Program-made: the position numbers and the translations under genes | The notes under the pieces: model-generated | Told to the model about the DNA's origin: nothing | Seen by the model: only the letters and a program-made list of their open reading frames with translations | Databases searched by the model: none | NCBI GenBank assembly: GCA_050084985.1 | Contig: JBITNC010000001.1 | Location: 89,404,001 to 89,468,000 of the forward strand | Length of the DNA: 64,000 nucleotides | Reading direction: 5' to 3' | Source of the DNA: Nageia nagi | Lineage: Eukaryota; Plantae; Pinophyta | In this document: piece after piece, positions 60,501 through 64,000 of the stretch | How the letters are laid out: the number at the start of each line of letters is the position of its first letter | How positions within the stretch are numbered: the first letter of the stretch is position 1

Positions 60501-62853
60501 TTTTAATTAAATTCAGCTTCTGCTTCAAATGAACTTCAAGGAGCTGCTTGCCTATAGTTGTATTTACACCCTTACTATCAAACCATTGCCTCCAAGCTTT
60601 TGATTTTTGAAGCTTGATATTTCTTCTAAACCATGATCTAACATAATAAATTGTTCTTGAATATATTAGCATACAGAAGTTCCTTAGTTTATTGATGGCT
60701 AACATTTCTGTTGCCAATGTGTGAAGCACTACTAGTGATTATGTGGCATGCAGTAATATAATCTGAAAGGACTTTTATTAAAAATGACGACCATACAACA
60801 ACAGAGTAAAATAATATTTTGTTTGTTTTGCAGCTAAGCAATACTTTCTTCCAAATTTAGAATTAGCCTAACAATTTGAAGTTTTTTTTTGAGTTGGTCC
60901 ACATTCTCTTTGTTTCATTCGACTTCAACAGCTTTTTTATAACAAGATTTTCCTGTTTTTTTGTTCCAAATAACATTGTAAATTTGGGCAATCCTATGAG
61001 GTTTAATCAGATTAGGAACATCACTTTATCTTGCAAAATATAAAGTTTGGTTTCTTTCTATGAATTGTTTTTTTCAATTGCTACATATTTTGCAGGTATG
61101 TGTCATTGAAAGGCTGTATCACTTTGTTACCTGAAAATGGCTTTGGGAGAAATTTGAGCAAGTGGCCAGAGCGCTTGCATCTGCCACCTGATAGATTGGA
61201 GGGTGTCCCACTAGATGCATATGTAGCAAAGAGGGAAATCTTTACTGCAGAAACAAACTACAATAAAATGCTTGTTGAAAGTTATTTGCGTGGACTGGGC
61301 TGGAGTAGACAGCACTTTCGAAATGTGATGGACATGAGGGCAGGCTTTGGAGGGTAACCTACTATTCCTAATCATTTTTTTGAAGAAACTTCATTTTATT
61401 TAGTTTTGAGATTTGCTTTTAATTTGCTTGGTCTGTAGAATAGTTTTTATTAATCAGACTACTCCATTAGTCTGTTTGTCATCGTGAATCTGTTTCAAAA
61501 TTATCCTGGCAATTGATGAACTTCTCTGCATTCTAAACTTGTGACATTCATGGCATGATATTATTTTATATTTTTCTGAATGGTGACCTCAGTTTTTTTG
61601 CAAATTGGAAACATATTCTTAATTAGGCATCCTTTCTATTTTTTTCCAGATTTGCAGCAGCATTATTGGATTTGCATGCTGACTGCTGGGTAATGAACGT
61701 GGTTCCTGTAAGTGGACCAAATACATTACCTGTGATTTATGACCGTGGTCTGATTGGAGTCGCTCATGATTGGTACTGTGTGTTTGCCTGACCTATTTTC
61801 TCCTTAATCTACATCAAACTTTCCTTTTAATTTTAAGATTCGAGGTTGTCTCCATATCAGAGCAAGGCAACTACTGCTTTTAAGTTTTTCATTACAATAT
61901 AGCAGTTATTTCAGAATACTTTTTTCATATGCAGTTAACATTTTTTTATGGCAGTCTCTTCAAATTGAGTAGCTGAAAACCTGGTCCTACTAAAGTTTGA
62001 CATCTTAAAAATTCATATTACTAGGTTATAGAAATCCTGTCATTAGAGGGAAACATGTTTCTGCAAATTTCAAACTTTAGAATTAGGGGGAGGGTGTAAG
62101 AAAAGGGCAAGAGGCTGCAATGAGAGTTTATTGTTAAACCTTCAAATCATTTTGTATAAATAATATGGAAATAGAAACATAGTCGATTCCACTCCTGCGG
62201 GGGTGAGTGTGTGACAAAAAAAAAAGAAAAGGAAGAAACATGGTCGCTATATCATGTCAAAATCTGGTCACTGGTATCACATGTATGCATTTATAAATGC
62301 TTTAGAATTCACAAGAGGAATGCCAATTTTTTAATGGAAAATATACCATAATTTTGTTCATGTAACAATCTGATGATTGTTTCAAATGAATTTCCATTAT
62401 TATAATGATTCTATTTCTTGTTGAAGTGTGTGCCAAAAGATTGAATCTTCCTGACTGTTGCATTTTGTATCGTTTTAAATAGGTGTGAGGCATTCGATAC
62501 ATATCCACGAACTTACGATCTTTTGTATGCTTCTGGCCTATTCTCCATTGAGGAGAAAAGGTAATCATTATTTCCAAAATTTCCCCAAAATATCTTGTCA
62601 GCTATAATATGTGTTCTAATAGTTTTGGTGGTTTGATTTTTGCAGATGCAATATATCTGATATTCTGTTAGAAATGGATCGAATTATGCGTCCTGGTGGA
62701 CATGCATATATTCGAGATACTAGAACAGTCATTGTGAAAATTGAGGTACTTGCAAAGGCAATTGGGTGGAAAACAACATTGTTTGACACTGAAGAGGGAC
62801 GCTTTGCTAGCAGGAAGATTCTATCTTGTCAAAAGATGCTATTGCACTCCTGA
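2898..62853 (+). CDS. PMT11: Probable SAM-dependent (putative pectin) methyltransferase, Methyltransf_29 family, PMT10/11/12 clade; 9 exons, 674 aa
   Basis: join(2898..3563,8073..8222,8380..8650,19119..19229,47427..47586,61096..61353,61650..61772,62483..62560,62646..62853) = 2025 nt, open frame, GT-AG introns with compatible phases. Family motifs: [85 protein letters not shown]-terminal TM anchor and poly-Pro stem. The choice of PMT11 among PMT10/11/12 is from recall, not a search. Confidence 0.93.
3970..4293 (-). mobile_element. Degenerate tRNA-derived SINE head(s)
   Basis: Minus strand 4293->4228 reads GCCGGGAGCTCAGTGGTAAAGCG...GTTCAATTCC (A-box and B-box like); a second B-box GGTTCGAATCC on the minus strand at ~3982-3992. 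No full cloverleaf. Confidence 0.5.
6557..7192. mobile_element. Pack-MULE (non-autonomous Mutator-like element with captured gene fragments)
   Basis: ~115-bp imperfect TIRs (GAAAAATGACCAAAATACCCCTATAATTTACCATAATTAC... and its reverse complement at ~7080-7191); 9-bp flanking duplication ATTATTTTT at 6548-6556 and 7193-7201. Confidence 0.85.
6690..6891 (-). pseudogene. Captured pectate lyase (PL1) N-terminal exon fragment
   Basis: Translates [55 protein letters not shown]...AVNP, matching the plant pectate lyase signature [38 protein letters not shown]..G..YVVTD. Confidence 0.9.
8073..8222 (+). CDS. PMT11: PMT exon 2
   Basis: ttccAG|[20 protein letters not shown]...[21 protein letters not shown]|GT; not in the ORF track. 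Confidence 0.95.
8380..8650 (+). CDS. PMT11: PMT exon 3 (SAM-binding motif I)
   Basis: ttgcAG|MVPDLAFG...[12 protein letters not shown]...CRIEWTRD-G|GT. Confidence 0.95.
8925..9374. repeat. ~225-bp tandem duplication covering the SINE 3' part and flank
   Basis: ATATCTACCAGGGAGGAAAGTT...TTTACAGGATTTTTAA at 8925 and 9150, nearly identical. Confidence 0.9.
9232..9463 (-). mobile_element. tRNA-derived SINE with TSD
   Basis: Poly(T) at 9232-9241 (poly(A) tail on minus); 11-bp TSD AGTTTTTAAAG at 9221-9231 and 9464-9474; minus-strand A-box-like TAGGGGAGTTAGG and B-box-like GGTTCATATCTCCC. Confidence 0.75.
10911..14473 (-). mobile_element. hAT DNA transposon, degenerate transposase (BED finger, DUF659, C-terminal dimerisation domain)
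   Basis: WKH...HCNYC (~13610-13670), [16 protein letters not shown] (12853..13167), [20 protein letters not shown] (11954..12226), WWESFG...LAIRILSQ...ERNWS (~11640-11760). Ends approximate; no clean TSD. Confidence 0.85.
13771..14010. repeat. Three ~93-bp subterminal repeats in the hAT
   Basis: TGATACACCA(G/A)ATCAA...TGCAA(A/G)TGTAG(A/G)GCATAC recurs near 13778, 13870 and 13961. Confidence 0.8.
16463..17297. mobile_element. Non-autonomous hAT-type element (MITE-like)
   Basis: Ends CATAGTTGTCA / TGACTACTTTG (9/11 inverted match), clustered subterminal GACTCG/GACTTG motifs; TSD degenerate. Confidence 0.6.
19119..19229 (+). CDS. PMT11: PMT exon 4
   Basis: [36 protein letters not shown]; acceptor is a tandem AAG-GAG, so the start could be 19122. 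Confidence 0.9.
20470..21740 (+). mobile_element. Copia 5' LTR (3'-truncated)
   Basis: Collinear with 44533-~45720 (GGAATTTAATGTTCCATAGTTTGAATT..., CTATAAATAGGGACTT...); runs directly into gag zinc-knuckle sequence with no PBS visible. Confidence 0.8.
21741..23519 (+). mobile_element. Ty1/copia internal region A (gag knuckle, protease, partial integrase, RT 5' part), degenerate
   Basis: [62 protein letters not shown]. Confidence 0.9.
26570..28017 (-). repeat. Gypsy 3' LTR (1448 bp), with 24-bp tandem repeat at ~27605-27693
   Basis: Direct repeat of 37512..38976; adjacent PPT is the reverse complement of CTCCCCCCAGCTTAAG at 28018-28033; unit GAAGCTTCGGACGAGTCTGAAATA. Confidence 0.95.
28126..30370 (-). 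pseudogene. Additional ORF between integrase and 3' LTR (Athila ORF / Transposase_32-like N-terminus, then coiled coil and unknown domain)
   Basis: [30 protein letters not shown]...[22 protein letters not shown]...HHGLITLI, followed by heptad-rich ORFs 29346..29552, 29135..29380, 28721..29125 and ORF 28126..28626. Confidence 0.7.
31164..37323 (-). pseudogene. Gypsy gag-pol (frameshifted, with stops)
   Basis: ORFs 35542..36375 (gag), 34603..34845 (protease), 32843..33880 (RT), 32244..32945 (RNase H), 31843..32220 and 31446..31937 (integrase), 31164..31370 (GPY). Confidence 0.95.
37490..37507 (-). other. Primer binding site (tRNA-Asp type, as in Athila)
   Basis: Minus strand TGGCACCGTTGTCAGGGA, 4 nt from the 5' LTR, close to the Athila consensus TGGCGCCGTTGCCGGGGA. 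Confidence 0.85.
37512..38976 (-). repeat. Gypsy 5' LTR (1465 bp)
   Basis: Direct repeat of 26570..28017, next to the PBS. Confidence 0.95.
42782..43140 (+). mobile_element. Copia RT continuation (region A)
   Basis: [14 protein letters not shown]...[18 protein letters not shown]; resumes right after the TSD. Confidence 0.85.
43200..44532 (+). mobile_element. Copia internal region B (protease, GAG-pre-integrase, integrase, then RNase H tail; RT deleted) and PPT
   Basis: [46 protein letters not shown], fused directly to [13 protein letters not shown]...[11 protein letters not shown]; PPT-like TTAAGGTGAGAA at 44521-44532. Confidence 0.9.
44533..46327 (+). mobile_element. Copia 3' LTR (~1.8 kb)
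   Basis: Starts TG after the PPT, homologous to 20470..21740, TATA CTATAAATAG at ~44837; the end at TTTCATCA is inferred. Confidence 0.75.
47427..47586 (+). CDS. PMT11: PMT exon 5
   Basis: ttgtAG|[26 protein letters not shown]...[14 protein letters not shown]|GTAAG. Confidence 0.95.
48378..48840. repeat. Diverged ~220-bp direct duplication, probably within an old repeat
   Basis: CCTTCAGTTG...CTCTTGTGGAATTTTG...TTAGAGCACTTCTTG...TTCATATCAAATGA in 48378-48599 and 48621-48840; followed by an exact 19-bp doublet CTTGGTGAGAGTATACAGT. Confidence 0.75.
50154..51535. promoter_or_regulatory. Array of ten ~50-bp dyad-symmetric units (equivalent array at 23640..25324)
   Basis: Units at about 50154, 50365, 50460, 50558, 50650, 50984, 51089, 51245, 51381, 51486; e.g. 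GTTGCATGCTTTCAAGTGGGTGCTTTTGCACCCATCTCAAAGTGTGCGAC. The regulatory role is inferred. Confidence 0.7.
51787..55263 (+). pseudogene. Long uncharacterised ORF (~1150 codons) of giant element copy 2: globular N-terminal domain, acidic/Ser-rich linker, C-terminal helical region
   Basis: Consecutive ORF pieces 51787..52695, 52891..53310, 53387..53815, 54460..54663, 54667..55056, homologous to copy-1 pieces; TATAAAA at 51645. 3' end approximate. Confidence 0.85.
56770..57250 (-). mobile_element. LINE 3' fragment (C-terminal Cys/His region, RTE-X-like)
   Basis: [13 protein letters not shown]...REEQIC...EVE then [20 protein letters not shown] across a frameshift. Confidence 0.7.
57830..58480 (+). pseudogene. 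Plant mobile domain (PMD) pseudogene fragment, probably Mutator-borne
   Basis: Ordered motifs YAWGS....[35 protein letters not shown] match the PMD consensus YAWGxAxLAxLY / LQxWAWE / WRPY / VExYxPxRVxRQFG..QxxP. Confidence 0.7.
61096..61353 (+). CDS. PMT11: PMT exon 6
   Basis: ttgcAG|YVSLKGCIT...[12 protein letters not shown]...[13 protein letters not shown]|GTAAC. Confidence 0.95.
61650..61772 (+). CDS. PMT11: PMT exon 7
   Basis: ttccAG|[41 protein letters not shown]|GT. Confidence 0.95.
62483..62560 (+). CDS. PMT11: PMT exon 8
   Basis: aatAG|[26 protein letters not shown]|GTAAT. Confidence 0.95.
62646..62853 (+). CDS. PMT11: PMT exon 9 (to stop)
   Basis: ttgcAG|[24 protein letters not shown]...[16 protein letters not shown]. 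Confidence 0.95.
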
Positions 62854-63329
62854 AATTTTGATTATAATCTTGATTCGATTTTGTAAATTTATGTACTGAG
62901 CTTGTTCCTTTTTTCTATTTTTGTTTTGTCTTATGATTAATGAGATCATTTACAAAGCATATAATACATTCTTTTTGCAGCGATGATATTGTAACATGAA
63001 TTTTCATCTTTAATAAAAGCAGTGTGGGATAACTTAATGCATATTTGGTGATAAATTGACTTTAACATGCCATTGTTTCACAAGCCTTCTAGCTTCTCCA
63101 GCTAAATGAATTATTTCTCCAAGAAGTTCGGGTTTGAATGTGTCTATTTGTAGGAGTGTACTCACAGCTTGGATTTTTAGAATGCGTGCATAAATATAAT
63201 GGAGAAGAATAACATGCTTATTCTTGTTGAGAGATGAATCTTATTTCGTGGGAATAGCTTTTTTTTAGTATGGCAGTAATTAATTCTTCCTAACTGAAGA
63301 CATTACTCTTGGGATTTAGGCTTCTAGTT

Positions 63330-64000
63330 TATGTGTGAACAAAATTGAACAACATAAATAAATAAACATGTAAACAAAGGAGAACACATAAATTTAACGA
63401 GGTTCACTCAACCATGTGTTGAGCTACGTCCTCGACGAAAGCATCAACAATGCAATTCCATTAATTCCTGAATTTACAATTACATGGGAGGAGAAATCGA
63501 ACATTGGTTCTTGGTGTCACACCCTCTCTCCAATTTGCTTCTTTCATATGGTTTCCTCTCTACATCAAACATGCAATCTTCGTTCAAGCTTTGAATTGTC
63601 GTGCCATCATCCACAATAACCAATTTGCCACATTGGTCATTGTGGAATCCTCCAGCACCTCTTTGCATTGCCACTATAGGATTACAATTCGAGCATACTA
63701 TAACATAGTTACATCAATAGAACGCTTCATGAGCATCCTAGACATCACCTCCTCATTGTATACCATTTCAACATGTGAGAGCTCTCTATTCACTCATTGG
63801 CATTACAATGTTGTATCATTAAACAACAACATTTTATACATTACACTATTTGTTACAGCAAATATAACAATTTCTATCTTCATCCCAAAATCGACAAATG
63901 CCACACCAAACAGTTTGCTTGCCTTCTCCAACAAAACTCCATGCTATGAATCAAGCGGCTCACACCAGAGTTCGTCCTTTTCACTAACGATACGTAAACA
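63330..64000 (-). mobile_element. Probable degenerate copia-type LTR and 3' internal remnant downstream of the gene
   Basis: AATTTAACGAGGTTCAC...GCTACGTCCTC resembles reverse-strand copia LTR sequence; no protein motif recognised. Confidence 0.35.

Overview
AT-rich land-plant nuclear DNA; a gymnosperm origin is inferred from intron size and repeat types but not proven. One intact + strand gene spans almost the whole window: a 9-exon SAM-dependent methyltransferase of the Methyltransf_29 / PMT10-11-12 type (2898..62853, 2025-nt CDS, 674 aa, all GT-AG). Its four large introns (4.5, 10.5, 28.2 and 13.5 kb) are filled with nested transposons: hAT remnants, a Pack-MULE carrying a pectate-lyase fragment, tRNA-derived SINEs, a poly(A)/TSD-bounded element carrying an Athila-type accessory ORF, a chimeric copia, a structurally complete Athila-like gypsy, a LINE tail and a PMD pseudogene. 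The most unusual object occurs twice (23520..42776, split by the gypsy, and 49974..56685). It is a ~6.7-6.9 kb unit with solo-LTR signatures (TGTTG...CAACA, near-perfect 5-bp TSD) and no gag/pol. It contains a degenerate ~1150-codon ORF showing signs of purifying selection, three conserved TATA modules and an array of ten ~50-bp dyad-symmetric sites whose centre switched in concert (AAAA vs TTTT) between the copies. This is a candidate LTR-encoded regulator plus cognate site array; the function is a hypothesis. All alignments and translations were done by eye.
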